A stretch of DNA of 64,000 bases from Candidatus Merdicola faecigallinarum (GTDB lineage: Bacteria; Bacillota; Clostridia; TANB77; CAG-508): NCBI GenBank assembly GCA_018714565.1, contig DVNH01000006.1:1277-65276 (forward strand). Direction: 5' to 3'. Position 1 is the first letter of the stretch; each line of letters opens with the position of its first letter. The notes under the pieces were generated by a model, which was not told the DNA's origin, did no database searches, and saw only the letters and a list, made by a program, of their open reading frames with translations. The position numbers and the translations under genes are program-made. Shown here piece by piece: positions 18,787-29,872 of the stretch.

Positions 18787-21060
18787 TTAATTTGATTCTA
18801 ACGTAACTTTAATAACAGTTCCCTCTTCTACTGAGGTATTTGGGTTAATATCTTGTTTTGTAACAACTCCAGAGCCTTCTACTTGGATATTTAAATTTTT
18901 AGAAATTAAAGAATTTTTAGCTTGTTCAGCGGTTAATCCTTTTAGATCTGGAACAGCAACAGAAACTTTCGTATCATTTTCTTCCGTGTAAAGCATGATG
19001 ATAGAATCTTTCGATAAAGTAGTTCCTGGAGCTGGTGTTTGGTCTTGAACAAGTAAAGAATTTTTATCCCCAGAAGTTGTAACTTTTACCTGGAAGCCTG
19101 CTTGTTTTAGAACTTTTTCTGCTTCTGTTACTGTTTTATTTCGAATATCTGGAACGGTAATAAATTCACTTGTATTTCCTTCTGTCGTAACAGTTGCTTG
19201 CACATTTTCTGAATTCAAACCAAGATATGGTAAGATTTCAGATAACATTTGTCCGACCACTGGACCACAAATTTGTCCACCTTGATGGCTACCACCTTTT
19301 GGATCATGCAAAGCCATAAGCAAAACAATCTCAGGTTTCTCTGTTGGAGCAATTGCTATATAAGATGCAATATATCCTTCCTCTGGTTTTCCTACAGGAG
19401 GTTCAGACGTTCCTGTTTTTCCACCAATAGAATATCCAGCTACATCAGCACGTCTACCAGAACCATCAGTAACAACAGAACGCATCAAACTTCTCATCCT
19501 CTCAGAAGTAGATTTAGAAATAACTTGTCTAACTTCCACAGGATCTAAGTCAGTAGTCGTGTTTGTTTCTGTATTAATAATTTGTTTTACAACTCTTGGT
19601 TGCATTAAAATGCCATCATTTGCAATAGCAGATACAGCAGTAATTAACTGAATTGGTGTAATATTAATTCTTTGACCAAATGACATGGTAGCAAGTTCAA
19701 CAGGACCAACGTCGTCTAAATCCCAGAAGATACTAGAAGACTCTGAAGGTAAATCAATTCCTGTTTTAGAAAAGAAACCAAATAAACCATAATATTTATA
19801 AAGGGTTTCTGCGCCGATTCTTTTTCCTAGTTGCATAAGAGAAGGATTACAAGACAATTCTAAAGCTTGTCTTAATGTTTTAGGCCCTTTATGCTGCTGA
19901 GACCAACAACTGATCTTTCGATCTGCAACTTGTTCATATCCTTGGCAAATAAAATCATTAGGAACATCTTCGCTCGTAATATTTTCTTCTAAAGCAACTG
20001 CAGCAGTAATTAATTTAAAAGGAGACCCAGGTTCATAGGTACTAGAAACCAAACGATTTCTCCACATTTCAGTAAGAGCTTCTGTTTTTCCAGCTGTATC
20101 AAGAGTATCCCATGTAGCTTTTAGACTTTCATTTGGTTCAAATGGAGTATTTAAATTAAAATCTGGATAACATGCCATTGCTAAAACATCTCCAGTGCTG
20201 GGATCCATGGCAATAACAGTACCACCTTTTGTACATTGATTATCTTCTACAGCTTGTTTTAAATATTTTTCTACGATGGATTGAATATTAACATCAATCG
20301 TTAAAACCAAGTCACTACCATTTTCTACTGGAATATAGGTTTTATCATCATCTGGGATATCATCTTGAAATGCATCTTTAGAAGTAACAATTTTTCCGGG
20401 AGTTCCTGTCAAAATATCATTCCATTTTAATTCCACACCGTGTCTGCCAACATTATCATCGTCACAAAAACCGAGTAGATTAGATGCTAAATTATTATAA
20501 GGATAGGTTCTTTTGGTATCTTCATCAATATTAATTCCAACTGTGATTTTATTATCTTTCATCCAAGTTTGTAACTGATCTACTTTATCCTGATCTACTT
20601 TTTTGATAATGGTTTCGACAGAAGAATCACTATTTACCTTAGCGAATACCTCATCATAATTAAGTCCAAAAATATCAGATAATCCTTTCGCAACAAGTTC
20701 TTTTTTTTCTTTTGTGGAAGCTTCATCTTTTCCAGTTATTTTACTTGGATTTATCGTAATAGTATCTACAACAGAACTAAGTGCTAATGTTTTTCCAGTG
20801 GAATCATAAATCGTTCCTCGCTTTGGGCTAATAATGCGATTTGTTGTTTGTTGTTTATATGCACTTTCTTTTAAAGAAGCACCTTGTACGAATTGTAACC
20901 AAGCAATACGGATACCAAGTGCAAGTAGAATAATGAAAAAAAAGATTAAAAAACCTTTGTATTTTTTTGTTATTGTATTATTTGGCAATTCATTAGTAGA
21001 AGAATTTTTCTGTTCCTTTTGTTTCTTGAAAAAATTTATTTTCTCAAATTTTTTACTCAT
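18787..21060 (-). CDS. Class B penicillin-binding protein (FtsI/SpoVD family) with two C-terminal PASTA domains
   Basis: 757 aa with an N-terminal TM helix, SxxK (GSPFK), SxN (LSCN) and KTGT (GGKTGTS). Two PASTA-like repeats sit at the C-terminus (VPDIRNKTVTEAEKVLKQAG..., VPDLKGLTAEQAKNSL...). Confidence 0.9.
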   Translation of the reverse strand: MSKKFEKINFFKKQKEQKNSSTNELPNNTITKKYKGFLIFFFIILLALGIRIAWLQFVQGASLKESAYKQQTTNRIISPKRGTIYDSTGKTLALSSVVDTITINPSKITGKDEASTKEKKELVAKGLSDIFGLNYDEVFAKVNSDSSVETIIKKVDQDKVDQLQTWMKDNKITVGINIDEDTKRTYPYNNLASNLLGFCDDDNVGRHGVELKWNDILTGTPGKIVTSKDAFQDDIPDDDKTYIPVENGSDLVLTIDVNIQSIVEKYLKQAVEDNQCTKGGTVIAMDPSTGDVLAMACYPDFNLNTPFEPNESLKATWDTLDTAGKTEALTEMWRNRLVSSTYEPGSPFKLITAAVALEENITSEDVPNDFICQGYEQVADRKISCWSQQHKGPKTLRQALELSCNPSLMQLGKRIGAETLYKYYGLFGFFSKTGIDLPSESSSIFWDLDDVGPVELATMSFGQRINITPIQLITAVSAIANDGILMQPRVVKQIINTETNTTTDLDPVEVRQVISKSTSERMRSLMRSVVTDGSGRRADVAGYSIGGKTGTSEPPVGKPEEGYIASYIAIAPTEKPEIVLLMALHDPKGGSHQGGQICGPVVGQMLSEILPYLGLNSENVQATVTTEGNTSEFITVPDIRNKTVTEAEKVLKQAGFQVKVTTSGDKNSLLVQDQTPAPGTTLSKDSIIMLYTEENDTKVSVAVPDLKGLTAEQAKNSLISKNLNIQVEGSGVVTKQDINPNTSVEEGTVIKVTLESN

Positions 21061-21201
21061 ATATCCTCACTCTTTTGTATTTATTTTTTTGTACATTTTA
21101 TCCTAAAAAATAGCAAAAATCAAGGAAAATTATAGTATTTACAAAATGGACAAAAAAAGATATAATAAATAAGAATATAGAAAGGGAAAAGGAAAGAAAA
21201 A

Positions 21202-22062
21202 ATGAATCTTTATCAAGAAACAAAAAAATTGATGAGGCAATATGAAATAACAGCAAAAAAAGATTTGGGGCAAAACTTCTTGATTGATGAAGAGGTAATT
21301 CATGATATTATTCATTCTGCTGACATAAAAAAAGAAGATCTTGTAATTGAGATTGGACCAGGTTTAGGAACACTTACTGAAAAATTATTAGAAAATGCAG
21401 GAAAGGTAGTTTGTATTGAATTAGATAAAGATATGCTAACAATTTTAAGACAAAGATTTCAAGCAGAAAAAAAGATAGAAATGATTCATGCAGATATTCT
21501 TAAATTTAATTTAAAAGAAAAAATAAAAGAAGAAAAAGAAAATAAAGAAATAAAAAGTATAAAGATTGTTGCAAATTTACCATATTACATTACGACACCA
21601 ATTATTATGAAGCTATTAGAAGAAAAGTTAGATATTCAAAGTATTACTGTAATGATCCAAAAAGAAGTAGCAGATCGTTTATCCGAAATTCCTGGAGGAA
21701 AACATACCGGTGCAATCACTTATACGATGTATTATTATGCAATTACAAGTAAAGTAAGAACTGTTCCACATACTTCTTTTATTCCAGAACCAGATGTAGA
21801 GTCAGAAGTAATACATATTCAATTACGTAATAGTCCTGCAGTCAAGGTGCAAGACGAAAAGAAATTTTTTGAAATTGTAAAATATGCTTTTATGCAGAGA
21901 AGAAAAACATTGCTAAATGCTTTAGGTAATACAAATAGAATAGACAAGGAAAAGCTAAAAAATATATTAAAAGAAATGAATTTAAATGAAAAAGTAAGAG
22001 GAGAAAATTTAAGTATTGAGCAATATGCAGAATTAGTAAATAAGTTAGAAACAATAGATTAA
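21202..22062 (+). CDS. rsmA: 16S rRNA (adenine1518/1519-N6)-dimethyltransferase
   Basis: 286 aa with LGQNFL, EIGPGLGTLT and NLPYYITTPI. Confidence 0.92.
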   Translation: MNLYQETKKLMRQYEITAKKDLGQNFLIDEEVIHDIIHSADIKKEDLVIEIGPGLGTLTEKLLENAGKVVCIELDKDMLTILRQRFQAEKKIEMIHADILKFNLKEKIKEEKENKEIKSIKIVANLPYYITTPIIMKLLEEKLDIQSITVMIQKEVADRLSEIPGGKHTGAITYTMYYYAITSKVRTVPHTSFIPEPDVESEVIHIQLRNSPAVKVQDEKKFFEIVKYAFMQRRKTLLNALGNTNRIDKEKLKNILKEMNLNEKVRGENLSIEQYAELVNKLETID

Positions 22063-22156
22063 TTTTTGCTAAAAAATAAAAAAAAGAAGTAAAAAATGTT
22101 TTCAAAAAAGGAAACAAATGTTATAATAGAAATGCATATTAAATGAGGAGGAGTAT

Positions 22157-22930
22157 ATGAATCAAATTTTGATTACAGAGAAATTGTATATTACACCAGA
22201 GTTAAAAAAGAAAAAGAAATTATATCGTTTCGAATTTTTTCTTTCTGTTTTTTTGATTTGTGTGTTATTTTCCTATTACATATATGCAGAATACGACAAG
22301 ATGAAAGGTGAGGAAGTTTCTCAAGATATATTAGCTGATACGAATATTGTAGCAAAACCAGAAAGTGATGATACAACAATTCGAACCAAAGACAATGTAT
22401 TATTAGTAGTATTAGATGAAGAAACTCAAATAGCAGAAGCAGATCAAGAACAATTACTACAAGAAAATCAAACAGATAGACCATCACCAGAAATAAAAAC
22501 AACAAAATCAGGAACACAATATTCAGCAGTTGCAACAGTAAGTATTCCTAAATTAGGAATTAAATATCCGGTATTATCAGAAACGACGGATGAATTACTA
22601 AAAATATCACCAACGAGATTTTGGGGCCCATTAGAAGATAAGGGGTCAAATGATGCAAATGAGGTAGGAAATTTTTGTATTGTAGGACATAACTATCGAA
22701 ATAAACGTTTCTTTAGTAAAGTTCCTACTTTGGAAAATGGAGACATTATAGAAATTACAGATTTAACAGGAAGAACGTTAAAATACATGGTATATAGTAA
22801 ATATGAAGTTGTACCAGAGGATGTAAGTTGTACATCTCAAAAAACAAACGGAAAAAAAGAAGTGACATTAATTACATGTACCGATGATAGTAAACATAGA
22901 GTAATTGTAAAAGCAACAGAGGTATTATAA
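22157..22930 (+). CDS. Sortase family transpeptidase
   Basis: It has an N-terminal TM anchor, the catalytic His (CIVGHN), Cys (TLITC) and a downstream Arg (HRVIV). Confidence 0.85.
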   Translation: MNQILITEKLYITPELKKKKKLYRFEFFLSVFLICVLFSYYIYAEYDKMKGEEVSQDILADTNIVAKPESDDTTIRTKDNVLLVVLDEETQIAEADQEQLLQENQTDRPSPEIKTTKSGTQYSAVATVSIPKLGIKYPVLSETTDELLKISPTRFWGPLEDKGSNDANEVGNFCIVGHNYRNKRFFSKVPTLENGDIIEITDLTGRTLKYMVYSKYEVVPEDVSCTSQKTNGKKEVTLITCTDDSKHRVIVKATEVL

Positions 22931-22931
22931 G

Positions 22932-23120
22932 ATGGAATATAAAATTGGAGATATCGTTAGAACAAAAAAACAACACCCATGTGGAAGCAAATTATGGGAG
23001 ATTACAAGAGTAGGTGTTGATTTTAAATTAAAATGTTTAGGCTGTGGGCATGTCATTATGATAGAAAGGCAAAAAGCCCTAAAAATGATTACCAAAAAGA
23101 TGGAAAAGAATGACGAATAG
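22932..23120 (+). CDS. DUF951 family small protein (YyzM-like)
   Basis: 62 aa with GDIV..KK.HPCGS..WEI.RVG.D..LKC..CGH, characteristic of DUF951. It is followed by a hairpin plus T-run at 23108-23137. Confidence 0.75.
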   Translation: MEYKIGDIVRTKKQHPCGSKLWEITRVGVDFKLKCLGCGHVIMIERQKALKMITKKMEKNDE

Positions 23121-23341
23121 AAGGTCATTCTTTTTTTATCTAAAAATATTAATATGTTAACTAATTAACATAAAAACTATTGGAAGATAGAGAAAAATGT
23201 GGTATAATCTTAGAAGCTTGTTAACAATAGATTATTTTTGTTATAAAAGTAATCGCTTTTTTTATTACAGAAAGGATGATGTAAAAAAATTAAAAAAGAG
23301 CAACTCGTTAACCAGATTTTTAGAAAAGAAAGGATCCAATA

Positions 23342-24670
23342 TTGAAGCAAGTAATCTTTTATGCAGTAACAGAGGCAGGAAAGCAAATCTTAATTGGTTA
23401 TGGGTGGAATCAATCCGATATCACTGTGATACTTCCAGAAAATGTTACTTTGAGGATTTCCGATAATGAGGATTTTTTTCATACATTGGAAATCATGAAA
23501 CAATTTTTAAAACAAAGGATTGAACTTGATGTAACAATGGGAGAAGAAGAAATTCGGATTCAAGAGAAGGTAAAAAAAGAGGAAGAAGATGATAAAATTG
23601 ACGGAGGAGAGAATGTCACCGAAGAAGAGAAAAAAGAAGTAGCATCAGATCCTTCCAAAAGTAAGAAAGTAAACGACTTATCAGAATCCAAGCCCTTAGC
23701 TCGAGGAGTTTTGACAGAGATGGTTCAGAAGGCTTTCTTAAGTAATCCAGAAAAGAGTTATACAAAGGTAGAATTGGCAAAAGAGCTGCAGGTAAAACTG
23801 AGTTCGTTATCTTCTATATTTTATAACTTGGAACAAAGAGGAGTCATCCAGAGAATTGAACGGGGAAAATATCAGCTGGTTTTTCAGAGAAATGAAAAGG
23901 AATCAGATGAAAAAACAACTGACTCAGAAGAAAATCCCCAAAATGATGGAAAAAACCTAAATATAAGAGAAATAGGTGAGGACACCCAGTCGGAAGATGA
24001 CTTAAAAAAAGAAGTCATAACGATGATTTCAAAATTAACCGGTAAAGATACTACACAAGATGTAGCAGCGGAGACTAAGGAAGGAATCCCACAGAAAGCA
24101 ACTTCGGAAGAAAGGCCAAAAGAAGAAACTTCACAGGAAGTGGCTTCGGAAGGGGAAACAAAAGGAATAACTTCGCAGGAAACAACTTCCAAAGAAGAAA
24201 CGAAAGGAGATGCTTTACAGGAAAATACATCTTCTAAAGGATTACAGGAAAAAGAATCCAAAAAAGAAACTAAAAAAGTTTTTGCACCAAATCCAAAAGA
24301 AGAGATGATAAAGGAATTTTTGGAAAATTATCAAGGGTTTGTAGATTATATTTTAACAAGAAAAACATTTATGGTTAAATCAGCCAAAAGAAGATTTTCT
24401 GAACAAGAGGTTGTGGATGTAATTAAAGCTTTTGATAATGAGGTAATTCATTATCATCCATCTCAGGAGGGGATATATTTCGTATCCCCAAAATGGAGAG
24501 TGTGGTATTATTTGCTGAAAAAGAATTCTGCGGAAGAAGAAGGCACAATACAATATGATCTGCAATTAACGCAAAAAGAGACAACAAAAGCAATTACACA
24601 AGCGATGCAAGAAAATCTTATTCGAGATGTAACTGGCAAGAAAGATCGGTTCGAGAAGTATTCTATTTAA
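23342..24670 (+). CDS. Hypothetical protein with a central winged-helix-like segment and acidic low-complexity linkers
   Basis: A 442-aa ORF with a TTG start. It has a wHTH-like stretch (YTKVELAKELQVKLSSLSSIFYNLEQRGVIQRIERGKYQL) and TSQE/ETKG repeats. G+C is visibly higher than in the neighbours. Confidence 0.6.
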   Translation: MKQVIFYAVTEAGKQILIGYGWNQSDITVILPENVTLRISDNEDFFHTLEIMKQFLKQRIELDVTMGEEEIRIQEKVKKEEEDDKIDGGENVTEEEKKEVASDPSKSKKVNDLSESKPLARGVLTEMVQKAFLSNPEKSYTKVELAKELQVKLSSLSSIFYNLEQRGVIQRIERGKYQLVFQRNEKESDEKTTDSEENPQNDGKNLNIREIGEDTQSEDDLKKEVITMISKLTGKDTTQDVAAETKEGIPQKATSEERPKEETSQEVASEGETKGITSQETTSKEETKGDALQENTSSKGLQEKESKKETKKVFAPNPKEEMIKEFLENYQGFVDYILTRKTFMVKSAKRRFSEQEVVDVIKAFDNEVIHYHPSQEGIYFVSPKWRVWYYLLKKNSAEEEGTIQYDLQLTQKETTKAITQAMQENLIRDVTGKKDRFEKYSI

Positions 24671-24695
24671 TGAACAAATCAAAAAAAGTAATAAA

Positions 24696-24725
24696 CCCCA
24701 GGTTAGGAGAGTCTCCTGCCTGGGG
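24696..24725 (+). terminator. Terminator hairpin after the 442-aa gene
   Basis: CCCCAGG...CCTGGGG stem with an inner GGAGA/TCTCC, followed by a T-rich tail. Confidence 0.7.
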
Positions 24726-24773
24726 AAGTTTCTTTAGTATATAGGATTGCGAAACCACGTTTCTTCTAAAGGC

Positions 24774-25367
24774 TTATAAAGAATTAATTACTTTAGAATG
24801 AATAATATTCCAAATAGTTTCATTATATATTTTACGCTCAGAAGAAAACGGAAAAATAAGATTTTCTTCTGAGAAATGAAAAGCCTTTTTTATCTCTAAA
24901 ATAGCAGCATCTACTTTAGTTGGAGCAATTTTGTCTGCTTTATTAGCGATACAAATAAAAGGAAGATGACTATTTATAATATATTCATACATTAATTTAT
25001 CATTGGAAGTAGGCATATGTCGGATATCAACTAGAAAAAGAATTAATTTAATTTCTTTTCGTTGAAATAGATATTCTTCAATAAATTTACCTACTTGTTC
25101 TTGTTCTTTTTTAGACATTTTACTATAACCATAACCAGGTAAATCAACGAAATAGAAAGTATCATCCATATTATAGAAATTTAGTTGTCTTGTTTTTCCA
25201 GGTTCGCTACTAGTTCTAGCTAATTTTTTTCTTTGAATCATTGTATTAATAAAACTAGATTTTCCGACATTTGATTTTCCAACTAAAACAATTTCTGGTA
25301 ATCCTCTATTAGGATATTGACTTGGTTTTACAGCAGATATTTCAAATTTTGGATTTTTTACAATCAT
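24774..25367 (-). CDS. engB: Ribosome biogenesis GTPase EngB/YsxC
   Basis: G1 motif GKSNVGKSSFIN, plus DLPGYG and NKADK. The start is set to the ATG at 25367, after AAGGAGA; the track ORF starts 9 codons upstream. Confidence 0.9.
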   Translation of the reverse strand: MIVKNPKFEISAVKPSQYPNRGLPEIVLVGKSNVGKSSFINTMIQRKKLARTSSEPGKTRQLNFYNMDDTFYFVDLPGYGYSKMSKKEQEQVGKFIEEYLFQRKEIKLILFLVDIRHMPTSNDKLMYEYIINSHLPFICIANKADKIAPTKVDAAILEIKKAFHFSEENLIFPFSSERKIYNETIWNIIHSKVINSL

Positions 25368-25549
25368 AAAAATTCTCCTTATTCTCATTTTCATCTTATT
25401 TTAACATATAAATATGAACTTTTCAAATAGAAAACAGCTGTAGTAGCATAAAAAGAAAGCTATTCTCAATCCGAAGATTAAGAAAGCTCTCTTTTTTGTA
25501 ACTCTTGTAAGTTGTATTATGGTAACAGTTTACGTGTTTCTAAAATATT

Positions 25550-26914
<1,365 letters not shown>

Positions 26915-27077
26915 TCAGTTTCGAAAAATTTTCTAAAAATCATGAGTTACCATAAAAACTTACACAAAAATTATACTATATAAATAATAGAAAAGCAACT
27001 AAATTAAAGAAGAAACCAAAAATAGCATTATAGATCTTTAGAATAACTCTACGATTTATAATGCTATTTTTACATTG

Positions 27078-28367
27078 TTATTTCTTTTTTGGTTCTATTT
27101 TTTCAAGACCACCCATATATGGTCTTAGTACCTCTGGAATTGTAATACTACCATCTGGATTATAGTGATTTTCTAGTAAAGCAATTAACATACGAGGTGG
27201 GGCAACTACGGTATTATTTAAGGTATGGGCAAAATAGTTTCCTTTCTCCCCTTTGATGCGAATTCCTAAACGTCTTGCTTGTGCGTCTGTTAAGTTAGAA
27301 CAGCTACCAACTTCAAAATATTTTTGTTGTCTTGGACTCCAAGCTTCTACGTCCACACTTTTGGCTTTTAAATCTGCTAAATCTCCACTACAACATTCCA
27401 AAGTACGAACAGGAATATCCATACTTCTAAATAATTCCACTGTGTAAGACCACATTTTCTCGTACCAATTCCAACTATCTTCAGGTTCACAAACAACAAT
27501 CATTTCTTGTTTTTCAAATTGATGAATTCGGTAAACACCACGTTCTTCGATACCATGAGCACCTTTTTCTTTTCGGAAACAAGGAGAATAAGAAGTCATT
27601 GTATATGGCATGTCCTCTTTTTTTAGAATTTGATCTTTAAACTTTCCAATCATAGAATGTTCACTAGTACCAATTAGATATAGATCTTCTCCTTCAATTT
27701 TATACATCATAGCATCCATTTCTTCAAAACTCATAACTCCAGTTACAACATCTGAACGAATCATGTAAGGAGGGATACAATAAGTAAAACCTTTTTGAAT
27801 CATAAAATCTCTAGCATAAGTTAAAACAGCAGAATGAAGTCTTGCAATATTTCCAGTTAAATAGTAAAAACCATTTCCTGCAACTCTTCTTGCACTGTCT
27901 AAATCAAGACCATCAAGAGATTCCATAATTTCACCATGATAAGGAATTTCATAATCTGGAACAACTGGATCTCCATATTTTTTTACTTCCACATTTTTAC
28001 TATCATCTTCTCCAATAGGAACAGATTCATGCATGATATTAGGTATTTTCATCATACGTATTTTAATTTCATTTGCATATTGCTTTTCTAATTCTTCATT
28101 CTGAATTAATTCTTCATTTAATTTCTGAACTTCTAATTTTTTTTCTTCTGCTTCTTCTTTTTTTCCATCTTTCATAAGCATTCCAATTTCAGAACTTAAT
28201 GTTTTTCTTTTATTTCTTAGTTCATCTCCATGAAGTTGCGCGCTACGATTTTTCTTATCTAGTTCGATCACTTCATCCACTAGAATAAGTTTGTGATCTT
28301 GAAATTTTTTTCGAATGTTTTCTTTTACCATTTCAGGATTTTCTCTTATTAATTTAATATCGATCAT
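27078..28367 (-). CDS. serS: Seryl-tRNA synthetase
   Basis: 429 aa with an N-terminal coiled-coil arm and class II motifs (FRKEKGAHG, GSCSNLTDAQARR). It is preceded by a Ser T-box leader. Confidence 0.95.
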   Translation of the reverse strand: MIDIKLIRENPEMVKENIRKKFQDHKLILVDEVIELDKKNRSAQLHGDELRNKRKTLSSEIGMLMKDGKKEEAEEKKLEVQKLNEELIQNEELEKQYANEIKIRMMKIPNIMHESVPIGEDDSKNVEVKKYGDPVVPDYEIPYHGEIMESLDGLDLDSARRVAGNGFYYLTGNIARLHSAVLTYARDFMIQKGFTYCIPPYMIRSDVVTGVMSFEEMDAMMYKIEGEDLYLIGTSEHSMIGKFKDQILKKEDMPYTMTSYSPCFRKEKGAHGIEERGVYRIHQFEKQEMIVVCEPEDSWNWYEKMWSYTVELFRSMDIPVRTLECCSGDLADLKAKSVDVEAWSPRQQKYFEVGSCSNLTDAQARRLGIRIKGEKGNYFAHTLNNTVVAPPRMLIALLENHYNPDGSITIPEVLRPYMGGLEKIEPKKK

Positions 28368-28397
28368 TAGATTACCTCCTTATAAATTATTAACTAA

Positions 28398-28640
28398 TTC
28401 AAAAAACGCCCTTATATATAAAATATAAGGACGAATGGTCTAAAATCCGCGGTACCACCTTATGTCACAAGTAAAATAACAAGTGCGCTTTAAAAGTAGT
28501 AATAACCAACTACCAACCGGTTTAGTTTTCACTAACAGCTTTAAGAGTAGATTCATACTAATTATTTATTTACTTCCACCAACCGTAAACTCTCTATAAA
28601 AATAATTTAATATTACTAATCTCTTATCGAACGCTTTTTT
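28398..28640 (-). promoter_or_regulatory. T-box riboswitch leader (serine specifier UCU) with terminator/antiterminator
   Basis: The minus strand shows a stem I start (GCGTTCGATAAGAG) and an AGAGAG box. The specifier loop reads GAA-UCU-A (plus-strand 28549-28551). The T-box sequence AAGGTGGTACCGCGG is at plus-strand 28447-28461. The terminator CGTCCTTATAT...ATATAAGGGCG is followed by TTTTTT. Confidence 0.9.
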
Positions 28641-28661
28641 TCTATGCTATTTAGTCTAACA

Positions 28662-28812
28662 CATAAGTAAGAAAAACGCAAGAAAAATCTGATGATTTTT
28701 CCTACGAAAGAAGAAAAGTAGCTTCGCCAAATGTACAGATTGCTTTGCAATCGCACACTTAAGGTGACTTAATCTAGTTACTCCAGAAAAATGATTTTTC
28801 TGGAGTAATAAA
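28662..28812 (-). repeat. Intergenic repeat family, locus 3: a full unit (28711-28812) plus an adjoining shortened unit, reverse orientation
   Basis: The reverse complement of 28711-28812 aligns with the unit at 1881-1985 (…GTGCGATTGCAAAGCAATCTGTACATTTGGCGAAGCTACTTTTCTT). Its hairpin has a different sequence: CTCCAGAAAAAT-G-ATTTTTCTGGAG (28781-28805). A second hairpin, GAAAAATC-TGAT-GATTTTTC, is at 28682-28701. Confidence 0.85.
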
Positions 28813-28934
28813 AAAAGTCGAAAATAGTCGACATAATTGGAAAAATATGCTATAATTATTATGATAAATTTGTTAATCCCCAAGGGGTTTATTTATAGAT
28901 GGCTTACAAACTTTGACATTAAAGGAGGGCAATT

Positions 28935-29639
28935 ATGACAGTAGCAACTCAAGACCTGGGGAGAATAGAAGATAGAAATATGTTCTTAACCCAGAATCCA
29001 AGCCAATTTTTAGAGCGGAGGCTTGCTATTTTATATGGAGTAAATTCCATGGCAATTCGCGCTTTAGAATTGGTAAAAGAGGAGATGTGTTTGGAGAAAG
29101 GGTTTGCACGCGACAACGGGACAGATTATTATAATCACTGTGTCGATGTGGCTAATACGCTCATCTCTTTTTGTATCAAAGATGAAGATACCATTTGTGC
29201 AGCATTACTTCATGACATCATTGAAGATGTCAAGGGATATAATGAACTCGTGATTAGTAAGATGTTTAATCCAAATATTGCGAGGTTGGTAATGCTTGTA
29301 ACAAAAGAGCATGGTGTAGACTATAAGCAGGAAGAGAAAATACGAGAGTATCTGGATCATATCATGGAAGACAGGGAAGCTTCTGTTATTAAAACAGCAG
29401 ACAGAATGCACAATATGATGACATTAGAAGAAAAGAGTTTTAAATCTCGCTATGCAAAGGCGATGGAAACAAAGAAATATTATCTTCCGTTTTTCAAAGA
29501 GTGCAGGTACCGGTATCCAAGATATGAGAATCTTTTCTATGCCGCAAGGTCTCAGATTGAGCCCTTAATCTTTCATATCGAAAGTTTTTATGGAGAGATT
29601 GTAAGGTTAAAAAACGAATTAAAGAAAAAGACCGCATAG
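28935..29639 (+). CDS. HD-domain protein, RelA/SpoT-type (p)ppGpp hydrolase domain only (small alarmone hydrolase-like)
   Basis: 234 aa with H..VDVA, LLHDIIEDV and IKTADRMHNM, the HD/ED/D pattern of SpoT-type hydrolase domains. No synthetase domain is present. It has a strong SD. Confidence 0.7.
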   Translation: MTVATQDLGRIEDRNMFLTQNPSQFLERRLAILYGVNSMAIRALELVKEEMCLEKGFARDNGTDYYNHCVDVANTLISFCIKDEDTICAALLHDIIEDVKGYNELVISKMFNPNIARLVMLVTKEHGVDYKQEEKIREYLDHIMEDREASVIKTADRMHNMMTLEEKSFKSRYAKAMETKKYYLPFFKECRYRYPRYENLFYAARSQIEPLIFHIESFYGEIVRLKNELKKKTA

Positions 29640-29872
29640 TAAGGCTAAGAAGTAGCAGAAAGGAAAAAATGTTTTTTTATTTATTAAAAAAGTTTGTGAG
29701 CCGAAAAGGACGAAGTGATTTATTGCTTTGTCCTTTTTCTTTGGTATTGGGGGGACGAAGCATATGAAATATTTACTTTTTTCGACAAAAACAAGAAAAT
29801 CAATTGTGAAATAGAAAATGCTTTGATATAATCTAACTAATGTCTTAATATATATAATTAGGAGGAAATCAT

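Noticed and set aside
23197-23466. An 89-aa ORF upstream of and overlapping the 442-aa gene
   Set aside because: It has no SD and an odd composition, and it overlaps the better-supported long ORF in another frame.
28656-28883. A 75-aa minus-strand ORF upstream of the serS leader
   Set aside because: It is made up almost entirely of the intergenic repeat unit and a promoter region. It has no SD and the same repeat is non-coding at the other loci.
29764-29814. A 16-codon ORF (MKYLLFSTKTRKSIVK) upstream of hydC
   Set aside because: It overlaps the likely hydC promoter (TTGTGA...TATAAT) and has only a G-run as an SD. Nothing links it to an attenuation structure.
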